Shown piece by piece: positions 1 through 13,527 of a stretch of DNA of 64,000 nucleotides. Source of the DNA: Lama guanicoe. Its lineage: Eukaryota. A program made the position numbers and the translations under genes. Under the pieces are notes generated by a model. It searched no databases and was not told the origin of the DNA. It worked only from the letters and a program-made list of their open reading frames with translations. Location of the stretch: assembly GCA_013239625.1 (NCBI GenBank), contig MU053873.1:1192524-1256523 (forward strand), in the 5' to 3' direction. Position 1 is the first letter of the stretch. Each line of letters starts with the position of its first letter.

Positions 1-284
1 ATTTACTAAAGAGCTGTATAACTACTTAATTCCATCTGTTTGATGCCTCACATCCCTAAGCAGACAGATGAGGGTAGCAAAGCTAGTTTTGGTTGAGTTA
101 AAGGTAAACATTGATTACCTTCCTATTTCCAGGTGGCTTAGGACATAAAGTACAGATAAATGGGCCTGGTGAGTCCTGGAGGTTATGCAGCATAATGATT
201 AATTTACATCATGGAACTTAGCACCAAGTTAGACTCTCAGGTGCATTGTAATAGTTGAATTCCATTTAATTTTGTCTTTTACAG

Positions 285-471
285 TCTGATATCCTGTTGG
301 GCATTCTGTTCAACTTGGACCCAGTCATGTTCTTCAGATGTCCTTCCCCAGAGTCTGCCAGCCTGGAGCAGCTCCCAGAAGTCTACCCAGAAGAACCCAG
401 TTCCTTACCAGCCTCCCCTCATCCATCACTGGGGACGTCATCAGCCAAGCTGGAAGCCATTAATGAACTGA
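285..471 (+). CDS. XBP1: XBP1 last exon, unspliced (XBP1u) frame: end of HR2 and the translational arrest peptide
   Basis: Codons from 286 read [61 protein letters not shown] (TGA 469-471), the XBP1u C-terminus overlapping XBP1s. Confidence 0.95.
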
Positions 472-842
472 TACGTTTTGACCACGTATATACAAAGCCT
501 CAAGTCTTAGAGATACCCTCTGAGGCAGAGAGCCAAGCTGATGTGGTAGTGAAAATTGAGGAAGCACCTTTCAGCCCCTCAGAGAAAGATCACCCTGAAT
601 TCACTGTCTCAGTGAAGGAAGAACTTGTAGAAGATGACTTCATTCCAGAGCTGGGTATCTCAGATCTGCTTTCAACCAGCCACTGCCTGAAGCCATCTTC
701 CTGCCTACTGGATGCTTATAGTGACTGTAGCTATGAGGGCTCCCCTTCTCCCTTAAGTGACATGTCCTCTCTGCTTGGTGTAGACCATTCTTGGGAGGAC
801 ACTTTCGCCAGTGAACTCTTTCCCCAGCTGATTAGTGTCTAA
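285..842 (+). CDS. XBP1: XBP1 last exon, spliced (XBP1s) frame: C-terminal transactivation domain. Gene is partial; upstream exons lie outside the window.
   Basis: Acceptor ttttgtcttttacag ends at 284. Translation SDILLGILFNLDPVMFFRCPSPE...LEAINELIRFDHVYTKP...WEDTFASELFPQLISV* matches the XBP1s C-terminus; TAA at 840-842. Confidence 0.98.
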   Translation, partial: SDILLGILFNLDPVMFFRCPSPESASLEQLPEVYPEEPSSLPASPHPSLGTSSAKLEAINELIRFDHVYTKPQVLEIPSEAESQADVVVKIEEAPFSPSEKDHPEFTVSVKEELVEDDFIPELGISDLLSTSHCLKPSSCLLDAYSDCSYEGSPSPLSDMSSLLGVDHSWEDTFASELFPQLISV

Positions 843-1414
843 GAAATGATCCAATACTGTTGCCCTTTTCCTTGACTATTACACTGCCTGGAGGATAGCA
901 GAGAAGCGTGTGCCTCATTCAAAAAGCCAAAGTAGAGGGTGTACAGTCCTAGATAATTCCTCTGAAGTGTTTGTTCAAACCTCATAGGTCACCCCAATGT
1001 CTTTTGACATTCAGTGGTTCAGGGTACGTAGATATTTTACTGTAATCCAGAATTACAGCTTCTTAGGTTGTACTTTTGTCTTAAGGGCAGTGGTTTGCCC
1101 TAAAATACGTAAGAGTCACTGGACAAGTGTCTTAGATGTGGAATTAATGAACATTTCTTTAACATTCAATATATCTCTTCCCCCTTCTTGGTTTCCCAGG
1201 CTTGCCTCCAATTTTAGGTCCTTTAGTTTGCTTCTGCAAGCAAAGAAAACACCTACCTGTGGGGGCTCCTTTTCCCTCATGTACAGTTCAAGTAAAGATC
1301 AAGAATCTTTTGTAGAATTACGGAAATTTACTATGTAAATGCTTGATGGAATCTTCCCCTGCTAGTGTAACTTTTGGAAGGTGCTTTCTCCATTTATTTA
1401 AAACTACCTGTGCA

Positions 1415-1420
1415 ATTAAA
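1415..1420 (+). terminator. XBP1: XBP1 polyadenylation signal (ATTAAA)
   Basis: ATTAAA, then CA at about 1431-1432, then a GT/T-rich tract (gtgtctttgttctttg). Confidence 0.75.
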
Positions 1421-4279
1421 AAGTACAATGCAGTGTCTTTGTTCTTTGATTCCTTCCTGAACCTTAAGTCTTAATGTGTTCTCGCTAGGTGTATTACTGT
1501 TTGCCATGGTAGTGAGCATGCCACTTTTTAAAGTGACTGAAAGCTTCCATCCCACCCCCCACCCCCCTTAATTACTGCCTGCTTCAAGTCCTGGCTGTTG
1601 TAAATAATACACTCTGAGCAGTACTATATTCCTGAGAGTTTTCTTCAGCCAAACTGATCAATATTACAGCTAGTAAATGGCAGAGCTGTATCTTATGTTA
1701 TAGGACATGCCATTAAGTATCAATATTCTCTTACTGTTATTACAGAAATTAAGAACATTTTCTATACTCAAAACTCCCTGGGTTCACCTCTGCTACCAGT
1801 TAGCTGGGTAACCATTGACATAATACCACATTTCTTCATCTGTAAAGGGGCATAATAGACTCTCGAAAGGTTGCTAGAGGATTCAAAGAGATGATGCATT
1901 ATAAGCACTTAGCATATGAAAGTTTTTGACTGCATCACCCTCAAGCACTCAAAGGGCAACCAGTTACCTCCTAATCCACTTTGGGTTTTAATTTTTCACA
2001 GAATTTTTTTTTTAAACTGATGCATAGTTGATTTACACTGTTGTGTTAGCTTCCGGTGTATAGCAAAGTTGATTCACAGGTGTATATATACACACTTTTT
2101 CCTATCCTTTTCCATTATGGTTTATTATAGGATATTGAATATAGTTCCCTGTGCTATACAATAGGACCTAACTTACTTCATATGTAGTATAAATATGTAT
2201 ATTTATATCTGCTAATCCCAAACTCCTAATTTATCCCTCCCTCACCACCCCCTTTCCATTTTGGTAACCATGTTGTTTGTTTTTCTATGAGTGTTTCTCA
2301 TACAGAATTATATACACTCTAGAACATGTTTCACAAAATAATGAACCTGTAAGAAAACATCCTAGAGACAATACTACCCCCAAACTACAGACTTGGTAAC
2401 CTCATCATCCATGGTGCATCTTTTCGTTGGGAATCCACTTACAAGCTAATAAAGGAATTCTCTAACTTATAGAAATTATTTTACCCATGCCAGCATTCTA
2501 TGCCAGGAGGTCAGAGTGAATGAGAAGACCAAATGAGACGGAATTCAAAGAATCCCCAGTGGCAAGGCAAAGCAGGCTGTGGTTTCGGCCAAGTACACGG
2601 TAATGCCTTTGGTGGGATTGGTGGTGTCTCCACAAGTACACTTGTAAAGCAAGACAGGCTAAGGTCCCTGGTGGCTGAAGCCAGAGTCCAGTGTAGTGCT
2701 TGGCAATGCAAACTCACTTAAGCCGAGTTTCATTTACTTAAGGACAACCACACAGATTTAAGGACAGCCTCCAGTTGTTCCCATGATTAAAAATGTGATC
2801 CCTGATTATCTAGAACTGAAAACCTGTGTAGTTTACTAATTTTCATTTCCTGCACAGATGGGTGAAAATTACTAAGTACTGTGCTCAGATTTTAGAAAAC
2901 ACCTGATATTCAAGGATATCTTCATATTGAAACACTAAATTAAATGGTTAAAAATAAAAATCAGTATCTTTCCCTGCAAAACCAAAGCAAGATTTCAATT
3001 AAGTGCAGAGGGTTGTCCATAACTGAGCTTAAAAGAATCAGGTGACAGACACCTGCACACCATTTCCCTCGACCTTGTAACGCCAGTGTGTGCTTCCCTG
3101 TGTTTCTACTAGGAATGCAAGTGCAGCCAAGTAGGGATAGACTGTAGGCAGGACGTAATACTGCCTACCCCAGAACATTTTATGGCATCATTTAAATTCT
3201 AATCCAAGAATTAAATCTTTACCCTATGAGTTCTAAAATTTATAAAGGGACAGGAAGACTGGTTTGTTTACTAACTGGTTAGTTGCTGAAACACATCCTC
3301 ATCCAGCTGGAGCTAGTCTAACATTGTATTCTAACTGCATGCAACTCATCTCTAAGATGCCACTGGTAGAGTATTTGGGCCAAACTGATACATACAAATC
3401 TACATTCCCTCAAGGAGTTTACAATTACATTGCCTGAACCATATTTTATTGTAATTATTTCAATAAAATTAAACATTTTAGGTATTCCTGTAAAAAGCCC
3501 GTAAAACCACTGGTCAAGTAGGAAGAACACTGGACTTGATGAATTGGATTAGTATACTAAACTGTCACTACCTATTCAGACTTAGTTTCAAAATCTGTAA
3601 AAATAAATCAGGTAACATTTAGCCATCATTTCCAAATTTTGGTGAAAAACAAAATATTCTGAGTTTTCTGTAACTGCAACTCAAACTGCTTGCCCACAAA
3701 TCAGGGATCCACATTTATCAAATAATTGTTGTAAATATGCAAGCAATACTGCCACCCAGTGACCTGTCAATTACTAAGAAAGGAATGACCATGTATGTAA
3801 TTGAACAGCAAGGGTTCTCCTACTCTAATATTTAAAGATCCTAAATCTGTAAAAACAACAGAACTGCGAACTATGTATACCATTTCCAACTCCTTTTCTG
3901 AACATTTTTGAAGACTCAGTCACCAATGCCACCCCCTCTAAATGCTAGTAATCAATCAACACTGCTAATCAATGTTGTTGACTGCTAACAGCAGTGAGTT
4001 GCTAAGTAGCATGGAAAGCATTCTATGGGTTTTAAAATGGCCAAAACATGGTCTGCCTATTTTGGAAATAGCTAATTCACTTAAAACCTTTAACCCAACA
4101 TAATCATCTCTTCAAAACAAATTTAAGTCCCTCAACGATAATAAGTGCTGCTTCTGTACGATTTAGAAAAAAAAACCAAAAAGAAAAAAAATACGATTTA
4201 GAAGCAAAGTGACAGCTGATTTCATTTACTGAAGTGCAGGAATACAAATATCTCAAAAAGTCCAAAACACTTAAGAAGT

Positions 4280-4285
4280 TTTATT
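4280..4285 (-). terminator. CCDC117: Candidate CCDC117 polyadenylation signal (AATAAA on - strand)
   Basis: TTTATT on +, followed on the - strand by a GT/T-rich tract. Implies a 3' UTR of about 2.7 kb. Usage is inferred. Confidence 0.5.
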
Positions 4286-6933
4286 GAAAACAATAAAATA
4301 CAGAGACACCAGATTCTCATTTTAAAGTAAAACAGCATCTTCCAAACTTTCCTAGTACTGCACCATTCTTATTACTACTAAAAAACAAAAAAACCAAGTT
4401 CCAGATCCAAAATAATTAAAAGGTTCAACCTGTTGGTAAACATTCTTTTCATGGTTCTAGCTTCCACCCTTTTTTCAAACTTTACATTTGCACCTTTTCA
4501 AGAATGAGTAGCAATTTTTACTTAATATTTTTGAGAGCTGGACTTTTTTCGAATTAAAAAAACAAACAAACAAACAAAAAACACCACCACACACCCTACT
4601 CAAACTCAGAGAAAATATACATTTGTTCATTAAAGCTCACCTGCTTTAGGTAATTTTTTCTCTTCACACATTAGCATAGTAAGCCAATGTTTAATCCATG
4701 CTGCAAAAGCTATACAAAACGAAAAGACCTGTTAATTCCCTAGGAAAACCTTAAGGCAAAAGCAAAAGCCTTACACTGCAAAAGGAAAACAAAGCATGGG
4801 GACTGTGGAGATGGCTCAGATGAACAAGCACCACAAGGATGAAGAAGACAATTTCTATACAAACGTAAGCAAGATAAAGTTTAAAAAGGAGCACTGAACA
4901 CTCATTTTTCCTGCAGAAATAATGATCACATCAGATAGTATGACTCCTGAAACAAGTTGTTTGGATTTTCACTAACGGAATCTTAGCTCTCACCTCTATC
5001 TACCAGTGGTAGCAGAGCCTCATTTCCAAGCTCTTCTTTCCTCTGTTCACTCTGCAGACCTTGGTCTGAGGCCTGCCCAACAATCCCCACAGAAGACAGT
5101 GTGTTTGGGTACTTCTTTTGAAAGCTGTCACTTCCCCTTAACCTGAACACTGGGACTAACTCCAAATTATTCACTTCATGTTTTCGAGTTGTACCAGAAC
5201 AAACTTTTTAGCATGGAGATTTCTTTAAGGCTACAAACTTTACAAGTTGGTCCCATTAAACAATGACCTAAAGGCAGGAGTTTTTTAAATGGCATGAATC
5301 AAACACTTGCACATTTCAACAGAATACAGTTTACATTCATCTCTAAATCTGAGATTAAGAAAACTATTAGCTGGTTTCCAACTGGTTTCAATACTGGTTT
5401 GAAGTTTGAATAATTTTACTGTGTAGACATTAAATATTGTTTAAATATTAAACATTAAATCTTTTCCTGACTATCCAGACAGAAATAGAGAAAATAGAAA
5501 CAACAGACAGGAGAAGAAACAGTCCAATTAACAGACTTGTGACTTCTATGCCATCTGTAACAAGGCGAGGGATCTCGGCATGGGTTTCAAAATTGCCTGG
5601 GAGCTGCCTCCTAAAAAGTCACCTCTAATTGGCATAAACCATTTTCTCTATACAAGATATCTTATTCTACAAAGACAAAAGAAACCCAGAAAACAAAACA
5701 AGAACTGGGGTGGTCTCCTGTTGTGTGATGAAAAGGCCAGTATTATACTCATTTAATAAGTTATAGTGGATATTCTGCGGCACTTTGTACTACTGGGTCC
5801 TTGCCACGCAGAAGAGCGCTTCCTGAGAAATAAAAAACTTCACTCCTGGTTACCCCCAGAGGACACCCTGAGCCTGGGTTAAGGTCCTCAAGATGAAGAT
5901 TTCCTGTCAGCAGGAAGCTGTTCTCTACTAACTTTTAGGTTTACGACACAACAGTTGAAGCACCAGGCAAACTGGCCGTTTCAATTAATCTCAATGTCAC
6001 TTCCCCATATGTTCTCAGTTAATTATTCAGTTATCTAAATCAACATTAAAAAACTCAATGTGCTTATACAGGCACAACCTTTTTTAACTACAGAAGTTAC
6101 ATGCTGGGCTTAACTGATACAGCCACTTCCTCAGAACTACCTAAGAAATGCTTCTCCCAGCGCCAATTTGCACATAGTTACCTCACAATCTTTTAAACTG
6201 TATCATTCAAAGTCAATTAAGCTGTAAACATTGCTGAATAGCTGCGCTCATCCATTATGCAAGGGAACCACAGAGCAACAGTAGCACTAGGCAAAGAAGC
6301 CTCAAAGGAAAAATCTTTTCTTTGTATTTTCACTGCATTTTCAGAGGCAGAGGTGAGCCACAATGCTACTGGCTATTTAATCAATACAACTACACTGAAT
6401 TGGCAACTAACACACAAGTTTCAGAGCCTCTGTCAAATTTCCTAGCAATAGGCTTAAGCTACTGCCGTCTACCTCCTTCCCCCTAGTCATACAGAGCTGT
6501 AAACAGAGCTCACATCTACAGATGAAGCCGTGACTCAACTGTCAGGGCACACTTGTAGTAGAAGCATCCTTCTGTCCTAATGCATCTTTTTCAACTCAAG
6601 TGTCTGAATATTCTCCAAGTGTATGAATGGCTTAGACGTGACAGATGATTAAGTCACGCTTACACACACAGCTTCTACACCTGACTTTGCAGGATGTAAT
6701 CTCACATTCCTTTAAGAAGCTCCCTAGCAAACTGCTTTTCCCTTGAGACAAGTTTCCTTAGAAAAAATTTGAATTCAAAAAATGGCTACCCAAAATGAGA
6801 GTCCCACCCCAAATCACAGGTGGAGATATTACACCCGTTTCAAAACTTTCAAGTCCCTAAACTATACAAGCAGGCTCATGACTGGACACATGAGCCTTCT
6901 AAAATTTGACAACTTTAGTGTAGAAACTGGTTT

Positions 6934-7171
6934 CTAGAGTTCCATCTCTTCTTCTGTGCAAGCAGCTGTCTCCAAACTATTGTAAACAGGCAACCCTGTT
7001 TGCCGAGGTTCCAAGAACAGTTCAGTTCTTTGAGGGAAGGCAGTGCCAGCAGCTGCATGCTTAGTTTGGCTCTCTCCTGTGTAGTTCTTAGCATTAGATG
7101 ACGGCTTTGGCTTATCAGAAAGGAGTTCAGGGAGAGGTTTCCAGAGCACAAGCTCCATGGAAGGACGGCTC
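6934..7171 (-). CDS. CCDC117: CCDC117 coding exon 5 (last)
   Basis: Acceptor cttag; (M)SRPSMELVLWKPLPELLSDKPKP...ACTEEEMEL*; TAG at 6936-6934; 238 nt. Confidence 0.96.
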
Positions 7172-7340
7172 CTAAGATGTAAAATACAGATTTTTGTCAA
7201 TAATTTTATAACATGAAAATAAAAGATATACATTGAAAAACTGCTACCTAATAGAGAATTGATGGCATCAAAATAGGAGATTAATCCAAAATGATCTTTA
7301 GAAAGGCTACTCAATACATAAAACTTTATAGAGTTCTGCA

Positions 7341-7463
7341 TTTTTTTTTTAATTTTGGGGAGAGGTAATTGGGTTTATTTTTTCTATTTAATGGAGGTAC
7401 CAGATATTGAACCCTGGACCTTGTGCATGCTAATAAGCACCTACCACTGAGCTATACCCTCCC
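7341..7463 (-). mobile_element. tRNA-derived SINE (Vic-1-like)
   Basis: Reverse complement of gggagggtatagctcagtggtag...gcatgcacaaggtcc...gttcaat...tacctcc with an A-rich tail. Confidence 0.8.
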
Positions 7464-8191
7464 ACTCTGCATGCATTTTTAACCAAATTAACTGGTTATA
7501 CTGATGCTGTGATTAGAATATAAACATTCCACATGAAAAACAAAGGCCTTTGATTTAACTTATTATAATTTTTTCTTAAATTGTGGTTAGTATTAGCAGA
7601 TGTGGACTACTATCCTGTACTAAACCATTATAAATGACAATGAAACACTGACCAAACACATTAAAAATATCTCAGTATGCCTTTTGCTTAGTATGGCTAT
7701 AGTTATAAAGCTTCTTGCAGTTAAGCCACTGTTTGTACCTAACCCCCCAGCCCTCCTTATCTAGTGATGGCTTTATTTTGCTTTACTTGCCCTAGGACCC
7801 AAAAGCAAGTAAAGCAAAATAAAATTCAAACAATGAAGAACACCCTTCAAAGGCTAGCTTCTGGAAAACTAGCAAGAGCAGAAAGTGCTACGTTTTAGGC
7901 TGGAGGGCAATGTGACCTGCTTACTCTTGGCTAAACTATTTACCCACCCTCAGGGCTGGGTAGTTAATTATAAGCTCAAGCTAGGAGACTAATGCAAAAC
8001 CCTTGTGAGCTCACATCAAGCAGCAGCTGAACCCATTGTGTCTAAATGCAGTAATACCTCATCAACCTGGCACCAGTGGGACTGGAATCCTAAGAGAATT
8101 TTTCAGGTATCTGACACTTACCCTGAGTACCAAGTCTACCTGAAGTCTTTTCCGGGCAACACCTAAATGGCACTTTATAACTTGCCTACTA

Positions 8192-8312
8192 CAGCTGACT
8201 CTCCATCTATGCGGGTTCTGATCTGGACCATTTTATAAAAGGGACTTGAGTATCGGCGGATTTTAGTATCTATAGGACGTCCTGGAACCAATCAATCATG
8301 GAATGACAACTG
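8192..8312 (-). mobile_element. MER2-like TcMar-Tigger remnant
   Basis: ccattttataaaagggacttgagtatcggcggatttt...gtcctggaaccaatc; TA-flanked CAG..CTG ends. Confidence 0.55.
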
Positions 8313-9097
8313 TATTTTTATAGAGCAGGTAATGACCACTTGAGATTATCTAAACTCAAGGACTACAAGAATTACATGGTTCTCATTAGTTCTTATGTTA
8401 ATGGGCCCAAGGCTGCTTTGCTTTTTAGGTTCTTATGTTTGCTTTCCAGTTTCCTCTCTTGTCCTCACACTGTACTGTCACTATTATGAGTTTGTCTGTT
8501 CTGCTCTCACTTGTGTCTCTGTGTTTCTACTTTGATGACTGAGAAAATGAGATAACAGATGAGCTCATCTAACTGGGTCTAAAGGGCAAAATGGCTCTTA
8601 GAGCTAAAGAGCTGAGGGGCTACCCACTGAGACAAGAATACGAGCTTTGGATTGGGACCTTTGTGATAACACTTCTGACTGCTGGGAGACTTCGTTTGTT
8701 TCCTAGGTCTCAATGGTGGTCGCAGATAACCAGAGAGCCAGGTAAACAGGAAGTCTTGAAATGTGGTTCCTACATCCTATCACAGGAATCTAAGAGAATG
8801 GGTTCTCTTGTCAATCCTCCCATTCCCAAATATTAAGACTATTAGTGCATTTCAGGAACTCAAAACAACCCAGTGGTAAGTAGGCAAGGCAGCCACTCCT
8901 GCATATTCCCAACTCCTTGCACAGCATTTTGCTCAAAGGCAATCACGTAAGGAAAGGTCTGTTTCCAACCTGGGCTAAAAACACAACCTGCTGTGCTTGC
9001 ACCTGGAGGATGGTGAGAACAGGATGGGCAGTGCCTAGAGACACTGGGTTTTCCCTCCAACATCCTAACTGAATAGAAACCAGAAGGCAAAACTTAC

Positions 9098-9235
9098 ATG
9101 GACTCAATCATTTTCTTTGTAAAGACTTCATCAAATTCCCTCTTCAAACCTGTTTTCATGGTATCAGAAAGGACAAGGCTGGGGAGATGGTTAACATTTC
9201 TGTCAGCTTCAACTTCTTCATCTTCGTCAATTATT
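9098..9235 (-). CDS. CCDC117: CCDC117 coding exon 4
   Basis: tttag / gtaagt boundaries; (R)[45 protein letters not shown]; 138 nt. Confidence 0.96.
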
Positions 9236-9677
9236 CTAAACACAGGCAGAAGCAGAGAAAGAAAAATTAGTTAGGCTATTATGTATTCTATTAATTGCAC
9301 AAAATTTAAAAAATAAGAGCAACAGGTGCTACAGCAACAGATCAAGTAAAATATGAGACTATACTTGAGTGAAAGTAGATACAAAAGAGCTGTTCAACAT
9401 TGCACTTATAGTTTTACATTAAATGCAATCAAATTTGAAGAATGTGTCCCCGAAAACTCTTATAAACCAAAAATTAGTATTCAGACAGTAACTGAAAATA
9501 TTTAGCCCAGTTTTATGAGAAGAGCGCATTTAACATTTAAGGTATATACTTTGAGCTTCTTGATTTTTATAGTCTGATAGGCTGAGAATCAAGGACTCAC
9601 CAAATGATGAATCAGACTAAATTTAAAAACTACACATACACACACGCGCTATATATATGTATGTGCTGTCCATTTAC

Positions 9678-9902
9678 CTGTCCTCAATTTCCTGAAGCCT
9701 CCTTCGGGCAACTTCACACTGTGGTTCTCCTGTTGTCTGATCCATCTCTTCACAAATAACATCTAACATGCCAGGCGCAGAAAGGCCACTAGTGCATGGA
9801 TTTACTCCATGACCCTCTATATCCTGATGTGCACAAAGAATCCAGTCATTAGGACCAGCACAGAGCCCTGCTTCAGTTAGCCTTTTCTTTCTTACTGGAC
9901 AA
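9678..9902 (-). CDS. CCDC117: CCDC117 coding exon 3
   Basis: Poly-T cag / gtaaat boundaries; (D)CPVRKKRLTEAGLCAGPNDWILCAHQD...CEVARRRLQEIED; 225 nt. Confidence 0.96.
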
Positions 9903-12900
9903 CTGAAAAAAAAAAAAAATCAATGAAAATCCTGACTAATATAAATGAAATGTGTATCACCTCTCTCTCTAATCAAATTCTTCTATGAAAAAACTCTGAC
10001 TTTTGACAGTGTGTGATTACAAGATGGAAAATCACACGCTTTCTGTTCTGTCATTCTCAGAGCCTCCCTGAGATGTTTCCCTTGCTGTATTTGTCAAATT
10101 AGGTTGCACTTGCAAGATTTTGTCTTTTTCTGATTAGAAGTGTTCAGTGTGGGAACTTAATGCCATTCCCACCTATCTGGCTCTGGAGAGGTCAAATGGG
10201 AAGTAAAGAAACCAAAAATCACAAAGCAGCAATTCAGTGCCAGCCGTATTTTTCAGATTGCTGTTGCTCCACCACACTAGTCATACAGGTAACCTATATC
10301 TCCTTAGGGGAAAATATACATATGCCTCATGGGGGGGGGGTGTAGCATGTACTACAGGTGAGGTTGATATTGCGAATTTCTTGGTTCTCTCAAAAATGTC
10401 ATTTGCCCCGAGTCCCTGACTAAAAATGGGGCGCACTTTTCTCCCACATTGCAACATAAAGTATTTTCACTTCCTAGAAACGGTTGTATTTCATTGAGTT
10501 CATCAAATCCAATTTATTTGTTTTGCAGATGTGGAAACTAGGACCTAGAAAACTAAAATGTCCCCTCCAGAGTGTAATGTAAGGTGAGCTGTATTCTGGG
10601 CACCAGACTCCAGAGGTAGATCTTGAATCCTACATCTCTATGCCTTTTTCACTAAAACTGCCTGACTTGCTACGGAAGCTCAACTGTTCAAGCTCTTACC
10701 ATGAACTAGTATTTGCACTACATGCCCAGTGTTTAGCTGAAAGCTGTCCTTAAGCAAGTTAAACAAATAACCTGATGGAGCAGCCCTGTTTCATTTAAGT
10801 ATTTAGACCAAAAGTACTTTATTGCCTGAGCATCAGCAAGTGCAATCTCAAGACCAGAACACAAACTGCACCAAAAAATTCACTGATGGCTACCACAGTT
10901 TCTGATTCAAAAGAAGAGTCAAAGGAAGCAGAATGTATTTTACAAGGAGAAATTTCAATTTCATGTTAAGACTATGAAAAGCAACATTAAAGTCTCTGGC
11001 AATATAAAATCTGACAAGTAATGATGCTGCCTTGAACCTAAAGCTTTTACTAGAATCAATTGTTAAATAGTATGTCTAGTTTATAATTAATTTCAATTCA
11101 TAAGAAAGTATTAAAAATGTCTATCCATACATCAAATATTTCTGTAATATTTGGATAGTTTTAAAGTATGTTATGTTTTGGAAATCAGAAGAAAAAGTTA
11201 TACACATAAGAGATCTAAGAAAAAGCAGAGTAAATCTAGAAGGAACAGGTAATTTCCCAGCACATCTAACAACTCAACTGAGTATCAGAGCTGGGTTCTG
11301 ATCTCTGACATTCAACATAATTTGAGCTAAATAATTTCATGCCTCTAGGTCGTATGCAAATAATTAGAGATTAATGATGATTAAGTCCCAAAGAAAATGT
11401 AATATAAAGGACTTTAAAGTTCTGATAAGAGCTATGAAAGCGGCAGATGGGCAGCACACTTCTGGGCATTCAGCATCCAACTGCCCAGTCCGTTATCATC
11501 CCTGGGCCTTAACCTCCCCATCTATAAATTAAAGGCAGTTAACTTTTAAAGCCAATTGTTTTTACACGTCAAACTTTTTATTTATGACACTGGAATCCTT
11601 TATTCAATAATCTCTTATAGGGGACCCCAAAAGATAAAAGTATCCACAGCAATCCCAAGGCAATAAAGAACTGGTCCAGTGTTTTTTTTAATACTAAGGC
11701 AACTTTCAAACCTACTGTCTCATTAGTCTATATATCTGCCAGGTGAGAAAATTCAAAGCTTCTGCTGGCAAAACAAAACAAAACATACATAAAGTTGAAA
11801 GACAAACAACAAATTTGAGGAAAACACAATCCATATAATAAACTGATTTAATAAAATTCCTCATAGATTAACAAGAAAAAGACCAAGCCAATAAAAAATT
11901 TGCAGAAACATGGATGATTCACAGAAAATGACACACAAATGTCTTAAAAGATTTTCAACATCGCCTACAATTTACAAAATACAAATTAAAACAGTGATCT
12001 AAATTCTTTAATTATAAAATCCCTACACTCATTAACAACAAACTTCTACTTCAATAAATTACAAAACAAAAATCCATGAAAATAATATTCAAGATACAGA
12101 CTGCTGCCAGGATCCCAGAATGGTACTCTATCTCCTTTTCCCTATAGGTAAAGTCTTTTAAGATAACCACTCCATTAAAAAAAAATTATCACATGTAGAC
12201 ATGCAACCTTAGATGGTTTTTAGTTTTGCCTGGTTTTGAATCTTTTATTTGGGGCATTATACTATATACATACACATTCTTGTGATGTATCTTTTGCTCA
12301 CACTGTGCTTATGACACATCTATGTTGATAGGTGTGGTTCTTTTTTTTTTTTTTTCTTTTTCTCCCTTAACACAGTTCAGCAAAGTTTATCCATTTTACT
12401 GTTGAGGGACATTCCAGTTTTGAACTGTAACAAAACAAGGATGCTATGAACTTTCTTGTACCTGTCTTCTGATGAGCGCAGGTACATATACAAGAGAACT
12501 GTTGGGCAAATGGGTATGTGTGCCTTCAACTCATGATTTAATGCAAAACTGTTTCCTAAAATACTGCAGCAATTTACATTCTCATTCATAATGTTTGACC
12601 CCCGTGCTACACAACTGCTCCAATAGCTGGTGGTAGAGTAGTATGTCACTGTGCCTTTAATACATGCACCTTCCTTTAAAGATTGAGGCGGTTAAACATC
12701 TTTGCACTTGGTTGGTCATTTGGATATCCTCTTTGGGGAAGTCTTCTACTCATTTTTTTAACTAGACTGTCTGTCTATGAGATCCAATTTTTTATCTCAG
12801 TTAAGTGCTGCTCAAAAAGTTTGAAAATACAGTTCTAGTGAGAAGATGGAGAAACAAGCATTCCCACCACTAAAAGGAGATAAACTGGCAACAACTCTTG

Positions 12901-13476
12901 TTCAAAATTCAAAATGCACACACTTTAAGATCCAGCAGTTCCCCATCCAGGAATCCATTTACCTACTTGCAAATAAATTCAAGGAACTTAAGAGTAACAT
13001 GAAAAGATCGATATGTTGCAGTGTGAACAGTACCTTACTACAAATGTAGTATATATAATTTGTATATACAATTATATACAGATGTATATACAATTATATA
13101 CAATTATAAACTTGTAAATTTTCACATTACCTTCTTTAGAAGAAACAGGAAACAGTTAACAAAGGTAACCTCTGGGGAGACCTGGGAGCAAGGAGTGTTA
13201 AGACTTGTTCAACAGACTTCTGCGAATTCTTTTACTTTGTGCATGTAATAATATTCACATGGCTCAAAATTCAAACATTACAATCCATTTTGAGTAAAAA
13301 GTTTCTCTCTGACCTGCCCAGCTCCCTCCTCTAAAAGGCAACCCATGTTATCAATTCCTTGGGCCTTCTTTCAGAGACACCTAACGTTTCACCTTTTCAC
13401 TTAAAACAAGTAATTACGGATATAAAATAGGTTAAATAAGTGACTATTAAGCGAATAAATGAAACCTGAAACTTAC

Positions 13477-13527
13477 TCATCATCCTCCTCCTCTCGCTTG
13501 TGTTTCTTTCTACAGTGAACTGAAACA
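13477..13527 (-). CDS. CCDC117: CCDC117 coding exon 2
   Basis: tttcaacag / gtaagt boundaries; (R)VSVHCRKKHKREEEDD; 51 nt. Confidence 0.95.

Noticed and set aside
997..1338. 113-aa ORF downstream of XBP1
   Set aside because: Lies within the XBP1 3' UTR; no recognisable similarity or coding signal.
13052..13110. Short tandem TATATACAAT repeats
   Set aside because: Low-complexity slippage within AT-rich intron sequence.
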